A DNA stretch of 64,000 nucleotides from Verrucomicrobiales bacterium (GTDB lineage Bacteria > Verrucomicrobiota > Verrucomicrobiia > Limisphaerales > UBA9464): the NCBI GenBank assembly GCA_016793645.1, contig JAEUHD010000275.1, forward strand, positions 596-64,595, given 5' to 3'. A program made the translations under genes and the position numbers. The notes beneath the pieces were generated by a model. It did not search any database. It was not told where the DNA came from and worked only from the letters and a program-made list of their open reading frames with translations. Shown here in pieces: positions 22,581-31,319 of this stretch (position 1 is its first letter; the number at the start of each line of letters is the position of its first letter).

Positions 22581-25500
22581 ATGCGCAGGTTGATGGTTCC
22601 GATGCACTGTTTCCGTCGACCCGTGGCCTGCGCGGTCCTGTTCCTGGGAATCGGCCTGGCCGCCCAAGGCTCAGCGGTGGTCATCAACGAGATTCATCAT
22701 TCTCCCGACATCAAACAGGAGCGGGTGGAATTTGTGGAGCTGTTCAATCCCGGTCCGGAAACAGCGACTCTCACCGGATGGCGCCTCGAGGATGCCGTGT
22801 CCTATTCCTTCCCGGCCGGCGTGTCGCTTTCCCCCGGACAGTTTCTCGTCGTGGCCGGTGATCCGGCTGCTGTTGAGCGGAAGTTCCAGATCTCGGGGGT
22901 TTCCGGCCCTTGGAGCGGCAACCTTTCGGGCGGTGGGGAACGCCTGCGGTTGCGTGACGGTGCCGGTGGCCTGGTGGACGAGGTGGACTACGGATCCGGG
23001 TTTCCCTGGCCGACAGTGGGGGATCCCCCCGGCTATTCCATCGAACTGATTCACTCCGATCTCGACAACGCTCTCGGCGGAAACTGGCGCGCCTCGGTTC
23101 TGGGGACCATCGGGACGACGGTCGAACGGTTTTTTGAGGCGGGATCGACCTGGAATTATTGGAAGGGCACCGTTGTCCCCTCGACCCCCGCGTCCGGTTG
23201 GCGGGAACCGGATTTCGACGACGCGACCTGGCCCAGGGGTGGATCCCCGATCGGCTACGATCCGGATATTGCCATCGCCACGCCCCTCGGGGACATGAGG
23301 AACGGATACTCCCAGTTCTTTCTGCGGAGGACGTTCCAGGTCAACGAAGCGAGCCGGGTGACCGCACTGCGTCTGGAGGCACTTTTCGACGACGGCTTTA
23401 AACTCTGGGTGAACGGAACGCCCGTGTTTTCCTCAGCGATGCCGGATGGGGAGGTCGCGCTGGGAGATGTCGCGTCCGGGAGCGCCCGGGAGAACAACAA
23501 CTTTCAACGCTTTGAAGCGCCAATTCCGCCCGGAGTCCTCAGGGAAGGAAGGAACGTGGTCGCCGTCCAGGTGGCGAACATCAGTCTGGGAAGCAGTTCC
23601 GATGCGTTCTTTGACGCCCGACTGGCCGGGATCGTGGGACCGACCGGACGCGGACCTTCGCCGGGCCGCACCAACGTGGTGGACGCCATCCATGCGCCGC
23701 CCGCCGTTCGACAGGTCGTCCATCTCCCGAACCAGCCCCGGTCGGGCGATCCCGTCCGAATCACCGCCCGGATCACCGACCCGGATGGTGTGGACTCGGT
23801 TGAATTGCAGTATCAGGTGGTCGAACCCGGCCGGTATGTCGAACTGGACGACCCCGAATTCATGAACGGCTGGCAATCGGTGGCCATGATTCCGGATTCC
23901 TCGGAACAGGGCCTCTACGCGGCGAACCTGCCGCTGTCCGTCGTGCGCCACCGGAACCTGATTCGATATCGGATCGCGGCACGCGATCGCTTGGGAAACA
24001 CCGGGCTTTCCCCCAGGACGGATGAGCCGGAGCCCAACTTTGCGCTGTTCTGCCATGATGGCGTCCCGGCATGGAGCGGTGCGGTGCGTCCGGAAGCGGC
24101 CGGACCCCTGGGGAATGTTTTCACCGTCGACTCCCGGGAAATGAACCGTCTGCCGGTTTATCATCTCATCGCCCGGAAGGAAGCCGTCGAAGCCTCCACC
24201 TGGCGGGATCGGTCCCATGGCGACGAGTATTTTTGGACCGGGACTCTCGTGTACGACGGCGAGGTGTACGACCACGTCCGGTTTCGTCCCCGCGGCGGGG
24301 TGTGGCGATACGCGATGGGAAAGAACATGTGGAAGTTTGACTTCAATCGCGGGCATGAGTTTCGGGCGCGGGACAACTGGGGGCGAAGATTTTCCACGAC
24401 GTGGTCGAAGCTCAACCTGGGCGCCTCCATCCAGCAGGGCAACTACAACCACCGGGGGGAGCAGGGGATGTTTGAGAGCGTCGGGTTTCGGCTCTTCCAA
24501 TTGGCGGGTGTGCCCGCCTCCCACAGCACCTTTGTTCAGTTTCGGATTGTGGACGCCCAGGAGGAATCCTTGGCAGCCAATCAGTACGAGGGGGATTTCT
24601 GGGGAGTCTATCTCGCCGTGGAACAATTGGACGGACGGTTTCTGGACGAGCACGGGCTTTCGGATGGAAACCTGTTCAAAATGGAAGGGGGATTCGGGGA
24701 GCCCAATAATCTGGGGCCGGCGGGTCCCGTGGATTCGTCGGACCTCCGGGCCTTCATCGACCATGCCTATCCTGCCTCGAATGCGGATCTTCCGGATGTC
24801 TGGTGGCGCACCAACCTCAATCTGGAGGCGTATTTCAGCTATCAGACGGTGGTGCAGGGCATCCACCACTACGATATCGCCGACGGAAAGAACTTTTTCT
24901 ATTACCGGAATCCCGAGGACGGCCGCTGGACGGTGCTTCCGTGGGACCTGGACCTCACCTGGGCGAACAACATGTACCGGAGCGGGGTCACCGGCGGAGA
25001 CGAACCCTTCAAGAGCCGGGTGCTTTCCAACTTTGGGTCAACGCCGGCACGTCCGGACCTCGCGAGGGAATTCCGCAACCGGGTTCGGGAAATCCGTGAC
25101 CTGCTCTGGAACGGGGACGAGGCATTCCGGTTGATCGACGAGTATGCGCTGCGTCTCAAAGGCACCGCCGCGACCACACTTCTGGACGCAGACCGCGCGC
25201 AGTGGGACTACAACCCCGTGATGACCAATACGTCCCTGGTCAATCTCGACAAGGCGGGGCAGGGGCGTTTCTACACCTTCCCAGGCGAGCCCGGGGTGCC
25301 GCGCAGCTTTGAAGGCGCGGTCCAGTTGATGAAGAATTACGTCCTTTACCGGGCGACCAATGGCGGCTTTTCCCTGGACACCCTGGCGGAGGAGCCTGGG
25401 ATTCCATCGACACCCATGATCACGGACGCAGGTCCGACCTCGCATCCGCTGAATCGCCTCGACTTGGGCATTGGCCCCTACCAAGGGGAGTCACCCTTCC

Positions 25501-26468
25501 AATCGGTGCAGTGGCGGGTCGCCGAAATCAGCCGGCCTGGGCATCCGGCGACCGGGACGCGGGAGCCGATGCACTACGAAATCGAGTCGGTCTGGCAAAG
25601 TCCCCGGCTCCCGTCGCTGGATACCCGGTTCCGGATCCCGGGTGACGTGCTTCGCGTGGGACATCTGTATCGCGCAAGGGCCCGGTTCATGGACGCAGCG
25701 GGGCGTTCGAGCCACTGGTCAAATCCGGTGGAATTCACCGTCGGTGAGCCGGAAGGCTCGGCGGACTTGGTCCGGGATCTGGCGCTCACCGAGGTGATGT
25801 ACAATCCGCCGCCGGGTGGATTCGAGTTCGTGGAGCTCCACAACCGAAGCGGGACCGGGACCCTGGCCCTGGAGGGGGTCGCGTTTACCGATGGAATCGA
25901 CTTTGTGTTTCCCTCCGGAAGCCGGCTGGGACCGGGCGGCTATGCGGTGCTGATTCGCTCCTCCGATGTGGCTGGATTTCGAGTCTGGCACGGACTGGAT
26001 GACGGGGTCCCTGTTTATGGACCGTACTCGGGTGCCCTTGACAACGGAGGGGAACGATTGGCGATCCAGACGGCCGTCGGGGGCGCGGAGATTCTGGAAC
26101 TCAACTATCGGGACAGCGCTCCCTGGCCGATAGCCGCGGACGGGGCGGGGTATTCGTTGGTTCCGAGAACCGGGGGCCCGGCCCGCCTGGACGACCCCTC
26201 GCATTGGCGTGCCAGCACGGCCCTCGGGGGATCCCCAGGGAGAAGCGATCCGGAGTCCGTGCCGCGGGCCCGCGCCTATTCCATCTCGGAGGACGGACTT
26301 GAAATCGTGTTCGATGGCGAACCCGCTCTCACCTGGTCTCTGGAGATCTCGGAGGGATTGGATTCCTGGCGGCATGCCTCCGACCACATGGGGCCTGCGA
26401 CCATTACGGTTCCGATTGGGGAGGATTCGCCCACCCGATTTTTCCGGGCGGTGCCCAGGGTGCCGTGA
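22581..26468 (+). CDS. Secreted lamin-tail-domain + CotH kinase-domain protein
   Basis: Two LTDs (VVINEIHH...EFVELFN; LALTEVMYNPP..FEFVELHN), a sugar-binding-like beta domain (FDDGFKLWVNG), and a CotH core (RPRGG, GVYLAVEQLD, PWDLDLTW). The exact start (22581/22593/22602) is uncertain. Confidence 0.85.
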   Translation: MRRLMVPMHCFRRPVACAVLFLGIGLAAQGSAVVINEIHHSPDIKQERVEFVELFNPGPETATLTGWRLEDAVSYSFPAGVSLSPGQFLVVAGDPAAVERKFQISGVSGPWSGNLSGGGERLRLRDGAGGLVDEVDYGSGFPWPTVGDPPGYSIELIHSDLDNALGGNWRASVLGTIGTTVERFFEAGSTWNYWKGTVVPSTPASGWREPDFDDATWPRGGSPIGYDPDIAIATPLGDMRNGYSQFFLRRTFQVNEASRVTALRLEALFDDGFKLWVNGTPVFSSAMPDGEVALGDVASGSARENNNFQRFEAPIPPGVLREGRNVVAVQVANISLGSSSDAFFDARLAGIVGPTGRGPSPGRTNVVDAIHAPPAVRQVVHLPNQPRSGDPVRITARITDPDGVDSVELQYQVVEPGRYVELDDPEFMNGWQSVAMIPDSSEQGLYAANLPLSVVRHRNLIRYRIAARDRLGNTGLSPRTDEPEPNFALFCHDGVPAWSGAVRPEAAGPLGNVFTVDSREMNRLPVYHLIARKEAVEASTWRDRSHGDEYFWTGTLVYDGEVYDHVRFRPRGGVWRYAMGKNMWKFDFNRGHEFRARDNWGRRFSTTWSKLNLGASIQQGNYNHRGEQGMFESVGFRLFQLAGVPASHSTFVQFRIVDAQEESLAANQYEGDFWGVYLAVEQLDGRFLDEHGLSDGNLFKMEGGFGEPNNLGPAGPVDSSDLRAFIDHAYPASNADLPDVWWRTNLNLEAYFSYQTVVQGIHHYDIADGKNFFYYRNPEDGRWTVLPWDLDLTWANNMYRSGVTGGDEPFKSRVLSNFGSTPARPDLAREFRNRVREIRDLLWNGDEAFRLIDEYALRLKGTAATTLLDADRAQWDYNPVMTNTSLVNLDKAGQGRFYTFPGEPGVPRSFEGAVQLMKNYVLYRATNGGFSLDTLAEEPGIPSTPMITDAGPTSHPLNRLDLGIGPYQGESPFQSVQWRVAEISRPGHPATGTREPMHYEIESVWQSPRLPSLDTRFRIPGDVLRVGHLYRARARFMDAAGRSSHWSNPVEFTVGEPEGSADLVRDLALTEVMYNPPPGGFEFVELHNRSGTGTLALEGVAFTDGIDFVFPSGSRLGPGGYAVLIRSSDVAGFRVWHGLDDGVPVYGPYSGALDNGGERLAIQTAVGGAEILELNYRDSAPWPIAADGAGYSLVPRTGGPARLDDPSHWRASTALGGSPGRSDPESVPRARAYSISEDGLEIVFDGEPALTWSLEISEGLDSWRHASDHMGPATITVPIGEDSPTRFFRAVPRVP

Positions 26469-26550
26469 ATGGCCGGATCGGGTTCGAGCCGGCCGGATGT
26501 GACGCGTTCCGAATGACATCGGGCGCGGGCTGCGCTACGGTGACGGTCCA

Positions 26551-29127
26551 TTGAACGTTTCCCAATTTAAACCGTCTTCCCCGCGACCGGATTGCATCCC
26601 CGCCATGCCGCCCGGGGTTCGAGTGACCACGTTGTCCAACGGGCTTGAGGTCATCCTTCGTGAGGATCGCAGCGCCCCGGTGGCCAGCGCCCAGGCATGG
26701 TGCCGGGCAGGAAGCGTGGACGAAGGCCGATGGATGGGTGCGGGACTGTCGCATGTGCTGGAGCACATGCTCTTCAAGGGCACGACCACGCGGGGCGGGG
26801 GCCGGATCGACCAGGAGGTCCAGGCCGCCGGCGGCTACATGAACGCGTTCACCTCGTTTGATCGGACGGTGTACCACATCAACGTGCCGAACACCGGCGT
26901 GCAGGTGGCCGTGGACATCCTTTGCGACATCTTTCAGAACGCGACACTTCCTGCGGAGGAGTTGGTGAAGGAATTGGACGTCATCCGCAGGGAAATGGAC
27001 ATGGGGAACGACGATCCGGGCCGGCGCTCGGGGCGGCGTCTCTTCGAGACGGCGTTCACCCGAAGTCCCTACCGGTATCCCATCATCGGACTGCCGGACA
27101 TCTTCAACCGGGTCACCCGGGAGGATCTGGTCGCCTATTACACGGAGAAGTATTCCCCAAGTAACTGCTTTCTGGTGGTGGTGGGGGATTTTCGGGCCGA
27201 GGAGGTGCTGGCCCAGATTACCTCGGCATTCAGCCAGTCGACGGCCCGGGCCGTGCCGGCGGTCGGGCCGGTTCTGGAGCCGGTGCAAACCGCCCCGCGT
27301 GAGGTCCTGGAGGAGGCGCCGATCGAACTCGGCCATGTTCACATGGCCTGGCACATTCCCGAGCCGAGGCATCCGGACATCGCTGCGCTCGACGTTTTGT
27401 CCACGCTCCTGGGCAGCGGACGCAGCTCGCGCCTGTATCAGGCGGTTCATGAACGGCTGGGATTGGCGCACTCGGTCAGCGCGTGGATCTACTCGCCGGG
27501 GTTGGAGGGGCTTTTCGGGATTTCCTCGGTCTGCGACGGAGATCGCTATGCAGCCGCCCGGGACGCGATTCTGGCCGAGGTGGAGCGAATGAAGGTGGAT
27601 TTGGTTTCCCCGGCCGAGCTGGGGAAGGCGGTAAAGCAGTTCACGGCGGGAATGCTTTCCACGAGAAAGACGATGGAGGGACAGGCCCTGGACCTGGGCT
27701 CCAATTGGATCCTCGCCAACGATCTCAGTTTCAGCGAGCGCTATCTCGCGGCGGTTGGCCGGCTGACTCCCGAGGATTTGCGCCGGGTGGCCTGCAAGTA
27801 TCTGGTGGAATCCAACCGGTCGACCTACGCCCTGCTTCCGCGGGGTTCCGCCCCGGTCGTTGAAGTGTCAGCGGCGATGTCGACGGACCTTCCCGTTCGG
27901 AAGTTCGAACTGGAGAATGGGCTGCGACTCCTGGTGAAGGAGGATCACCGGCTCCCCTTCGTGGAGTTCCGTGCCGCCCTGGGAGGAGGCATATTGTTGG
28001 AGTCCCCCGAGAACAGCGGCCTTACGGCACTCATGTCGAGAATGCTGGTCAAGGGCACTGGAACGCGGACTGCCGAGGCGCTGGCGACCGAGATTGAGGG
28101 CCTCGGGGGAAGCCTCGATCCCTATTCCGGGAACAACAGCTTTGGAGTCAGTGCCGAAGTGCTGCGTGACGACTTCGCCGCCGGATTAAGCCTGGTGGCG
28201 GATGTCCTGAGACATCCGGCGTTTCCGGAGAATCCCCTCGAGCGGGAACGCGCCACGCAGCTCGCCGGGATTCGAGGACAGAGGGATCAACTGTTGTCCT
28301 CGGCGTTTCAAGCCATGCGCCGTGGTCTGTTCGGGGAACGCGGTTACGGCCTGGATGTGGCCGGAACCGAGGCCAGTGTTTCACGCCTGATCCGGGAGGA
28401 CCTGGTGGCCCAACACCAGCGGCTTGTCCTTCCCAACAATGCCGTCCTCGCCGTCTTTGGGGACGTCGACACCGAGGCGGTCCTCGCCGCCGTGCGAAGC
28501 GAGTTCGGGATCTGGAGCCGCGGGGAATCCGTTCCTCCGCTGACCGAGGCCTCCGGACCGGTGGGGCCCAACCGGCATGAGGAGCGGCGGGACAAGGAAC
28601 AGGCGGTGATCGTTCTCGGGTTTCGCGGCACGACCATGGGGTCCCCGGATCGGCATGCGCTCGAACTGCTCCAGGAGGCATGTTCCGACATGGGCAGCCG
28701 CCTCTTCCTGCGAATCCGGGATGAACTCGGACTGGCCTATTACGTGGGGGCGTCCCATCTGGCGGGGCGCACCCCGGGGTATTTCGCGTTCTATTGCGGC
28801 ACCTCCCCGGAGCAGTGTTCCCAGGTGGAGGAGGAACTTCGTGCCCAGGCGGAACGACTTCGCTCCGAGGGGTTGTCCGCTGAGGAACTGGAACGAGCCA
28901 AGGCCAAGGTCATCGGGCAGAGGAAAATTGCCCGGCAGGATCTCGGGCAACTGGCCATGGCTTCCGCCCTGGACGAACTTTACGGACTGGGATTCGACTA
29001 CGGGGATCAGGACGATGAACGGTTTACCGCGGTGGGCCTTGACGATATCCGGCGTGTCGCCGCCGGCTATCTGCGCCCGGAAACGGCCTCGGTTGCGGTG
29101 ATCCGCGGACATCCGACCGGGACCTGA
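26551..29127 (+). CDS. M16 (pitrilysin/PqqL-like) zinc peptidase, two fused halves
   Basis: Inverted zinc motif HVLEH, NAFTSFDRTVY and E..VIRREM. The second half is a degenerate copy (LENGLRLLV...TALMSRML). Start is TTG 26551 or ATG 26605. Confidence 0.92.
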   Translation: MNVSQFKPSSPRPDCIPAMPPGVRVTTLSNGLEVILREDRSAPVASAQAWCRAGSVDEGRWMGAGLSHVLEHMLFKGTTTRGGGRIDQEVQAAGGYMNAFTSFDRTVYHINVPNTGVQVAVDILCDIFQNATLPAEELVKELDVIRREMDMGNDDPGRRSGRRLFETAFTRSPYRYPIIGLPDIFNRVTREDLVAYYTEKYSPSNCFLVVVGDFRAEEVLAQITSAFSQSTARAVPAVGPVLEPVQTAPREVLEEAPIELGHVHMAWHIPEPRHPDIAALDVLSTLLGSGRSSRLYQAVHERLGLAHSVSAWIYSPGLEGLFGISSVCDGDRYAAARDAILAEVERMKVDLVSPAELGKAVKQFTAGMLSTRKTMEGQALDLGSNWILANDLSFSERYLAAVGRLTPEDLRRVACKYLVESNRSTYALLPRGSAPVVEVSAAMSTDLPVRKFELENGLRLLVKEDHRLPFVEFRAALGGGILLESPENSGLTALMSRMLVKGTGTRTAEALATEIEGLGGSLDPYSGNNSFGVSAEVLRDDFAAGLSLVADVLRHPAFPENPLERERATQLAGIRGQRDQLLSSAFQAMRRGLFGERGYGLDVAGTEASVSRLIREDLVAQHQRLVLPNNAVLAVFGDVDTEAVLAAVRSEFGIWSRGESVPPLTEASGPVGPNRHEERRDKEQAVIVLGFRGTTMGSPDRHALELLQEACSDMGSRLFLRIRDELGLAYYVGASHLAGRTPGYFAFYCGTSPEQCSQVEEELRAQAERLRSEGLSAEELERAKAKVIGQRKIARQDLGQLAMASALDELYGLGFDYGDQDDERFTAVGLDDIRRVAAGYLRPETASVAVIRGHPTGT

Positions 29128-29159
29128 TATTCCCAGGCGGGGCGGCGGCCCGGGGCGGG

Positions 29160-29468
29160 TTAAGAGGACGGGCGCGCAACGACCAGGACGGCATTGGTGG
29201 GGGCGGGACAGACCTGCTGACAGACGGTGCACCCGGTGCATTGTTCCGCGATGATGATGGGGAGTCCCGCATCCAGGACCAGTGCGCCTGGGACGGGGCA
29301 CTGGTCCAGGCATGTCCGGCAACCCTGCATGAGGGCCATGCAATCGCGGCCGCGGATGATGGCCACACGTGTCGGGTCCGGCCTTGCGACCGGGGTCTGT
29401 TTGGGACGCAGGGGCTGGAGAGGCCGGGCAAACAGTCGAAACAGGTTGCGTCGCGATACGTCACTCAC
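29160..29468 (-). CDS. NapF/MauM-like 2x[4Fe-4S] ferredoxin
   Basis: C-x6-CxxCxxxCP (CMALMQGCRTCLDQCP) and CxxCxxCxxxCP (CTGCTVCQQVCP). N-terminal SRRNLF without a hydrophobic core. Confidence 0.85.
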   Translation of the reverse strand: MSDVSRRNLFRLFARPLQPLRPKQTPVARPDPTRVAIIRGRDCMALMQGCRTCLDQCPVPGALVLDAGLPIIIAEQCTGCTVCQQVCPAPTNAVLVVARPSS

Positions 29469-29485
29469 GGGAATCCTTTCCGGAG

Positions 29486-30016
29486 TCAGACTCCGGATTC
29501 ACCCAGTCTCCGCAGGATCTCCTCCAGCAGATGCCGGTGACAGTCGTCCACCGCGGCGGCGGCCGTGTTGATGACGATTCCCCGTTCCTGCGGTCTGGGA
29601 GGATCAAACGGGTAGTCGATCAGGTGGTTCAGTTTTCCATCCCGCGCCTTCTGGTAGAGGCCCTTGGGATCCCGTCGAAGGCATTCCTCCAATGGCGCCT
29701 CGACGAAGACCCAGGTCACATGACTGCCCAGCACCCGCTGGACCAGATCCCGCTGTTCGTACTCCGGGGCCATGGTGGCGACGATGGCGGTGATCCCCTG
29801 TTCGGAAATCAACCGGGCGACCTCCGCCACGCGCCGGTGATTCTCCGTCCGGGAACCCGGCGTGAAACCCAGGTCGGAACTCAGCCCGGAGCGGGCCAGG
29901 TCTCCATCAATGAACACCACGGGACGGTTGCGCTCGCGAAGATCCCGGCACAGGAGGTTCGCGAGCGTTGTCTTGCCGGCGCCGGAGCGTCCGAAAAGCC
30001 AGAACACAGTTGCCAC
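29486..30016 (-). CDS. cysC: Adenylyl-sulfate (APS) kinase
   Basis: FWLFGRSGAGKTT, IDGD..RSGLSSDLGF....R.EN.RRVAEVA and RRDPKGLYQKA. Confidence 0.88.
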   Translation of the reverse strand: MATVFWLFGRSGAGKTTLANLLCRDLRERNRPVVFIDGDLARSGLSSDLGFTPGSRTENHRRVAEVARLISEQGITAIVATMAPEYEQRDLVQRVLGSHVTWVFVEAPLEECLRRDPKGLYQKARDGKLNHLIDYPFDPPRPQERGIVINTAAAAVDDCHRHLLEEILRRLGESGV

Positions 30017-30080
30017 CGGCTGAGCCTTTCAAACACGGCTCTTGGTGACAACGCGGAATCCCGGAGGCGTCCCTCCCACT

Positions 30081-31160
30081 TCAATCCCGAAGCACGTGGC
30101 AGTTGTAGCCGTCGGGATTCTTGAGAAGGTAGTTCTGGTGGTATTCCTCCGCCGGATAAAAGGGCGAAGCCTCGGTAATCTCGGTCACGATCGGCTTCCG
30201 GAAGCGTCCGGATTTCCCGAACTCCTCCCGGACCCGCTCCGCCACGGCACGCTGTTCCGGACTGCCCACGAAAATCGCGGAGCGATACTGGGTGCCGATG
30301 TCGTTGTGCTGCCGGTTCAACGTCGTGGGATCATGCATGCGGAAGAAGAATCCGAGCAGGTCGGAATAACTCAGCCGCGCAGGGTCGAATTCGATCTCAA
30401 TGGCCTCGGCATGTCCGGTGCGGCCGGTGCAGACCTGTTCGTAACTCGGATGGGGGGCCGATCCGCCGGTGTATCCGACCACCGTGTTCAGGACGCCGGG
30501 AATCTTGCGGAGAATCTCCTCCATTCCCCAAAAGCAGCCGCCCGCCAGGATGGCCGTCTCCGACGTTGCAGGACTGTTCGTTCCGGCGAGATGACCCGCC
30601 GCAACGAAGGGACCCAGCAGGGATGCATAGCCCTCCTCCGCCATCCGCTCCACGGGAACAAAGCGGAGGGATGCGGAATTGATGCAGTAGCGTTGACCGG
30701 TGGGAGCGGGTCCGTCGTCAAACAGATGGCCGAGGTGGGAATCCGCCTTTCCGGACCGTACTTCGGTCCGGACCATTCCAAATTCCCGGTCCTCCTTTTG
30801 CCTGAGCTCCGCACCGGCAACCGGTCGCGTGAAGCTGGGCCAACCCGTCCCCGAATCAAATTTGTCGAGGGAGCTGAAAAGGGGTTCCCCCGACACCACG
30901 TCCACGTAGATGCCGGGCTTTTTGTGGTCCCAGTAGGCATTCCGGAACGGAGGCTCGGTGCCGCATTGCTGGGTGACGTGGAATTGTTCGGGAGTCAGCC
31001 GCCGCTTCAATTCTGCGGCGTCGGGTTTTTGGGATTCGCTCATGGCGTCAGGTTTCGGGGCGGACCCCGTGGAGGCGGCCGGCGGATGCGAGGACAACAG
31101 GAATCCGGCGGCCGTTCCAAGGGCTGCGAGGACAATGACCGGCAGCAGGTGCTTCATCAT
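30081..31160 (-). CDS. msrAB: Exported bifunctional methionine sulfoxide reductase, MsrB-MsrA order
   Basis: N-terminal signal or TM segment. MsrB: [30 protein letters not shown]. MsrA: [27 protein letters not shown]. Confidence 0.95.
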   Translation of the reverse strand: MMKHLLPVIVLAALGTAAGFLLSSHPPAASTGSAPKPDAMSESQKPDAAELKRRLTPEQFHVTQQCGTEPPFRNAYWDHKKPGIYVDVVSGEPLFSSLDKFDSGTGWPSFTRPVAGAELRQKEDREFGMVRTEVRSGKADSHLGHLFDDGPAPTGQRYCINSASLRFVPVERMAEEGYASLLGPFVAAGHLAGTNSPATSETAILAGGCFWGMEEILRKIPGVLNTVVGYTGGSAPHPSYEQVCTGRTGHAEAIEIEFDPARLSYSDLLGFFFRMHDPTTLNRQHNDIGTQYRSAIFVGSPEQRAVAERVREEFGKSGRFRKPIVTEITEASPFYPAEEYHQNYLLKNPDGYNCHVLRD

Positions 31161-31319
31161 GGACCGCCGCGGAACTCAAACCCCGAAACGGTCTGAGGGC
31201 AAGTAGGCGGACGGCGGGATTCCTTACAGGATTCCGGTTCACCCCATGAAACGGGCGACTCACCCCAGGAACCCTTGCCGTTCCGGGCGGGACGGTGGTT
31301 AGTTTGCCCGGAAGTCCCG

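Noticed and set aside
26471-26494. GGTTCGAGCC T-loop-like sequence after the CotH gene
   Set aside because: Only a 6-bp hairpin (GGCCGG/CCGGCC). No cloverleaf, D-arm or CCA, so not a tRNA.
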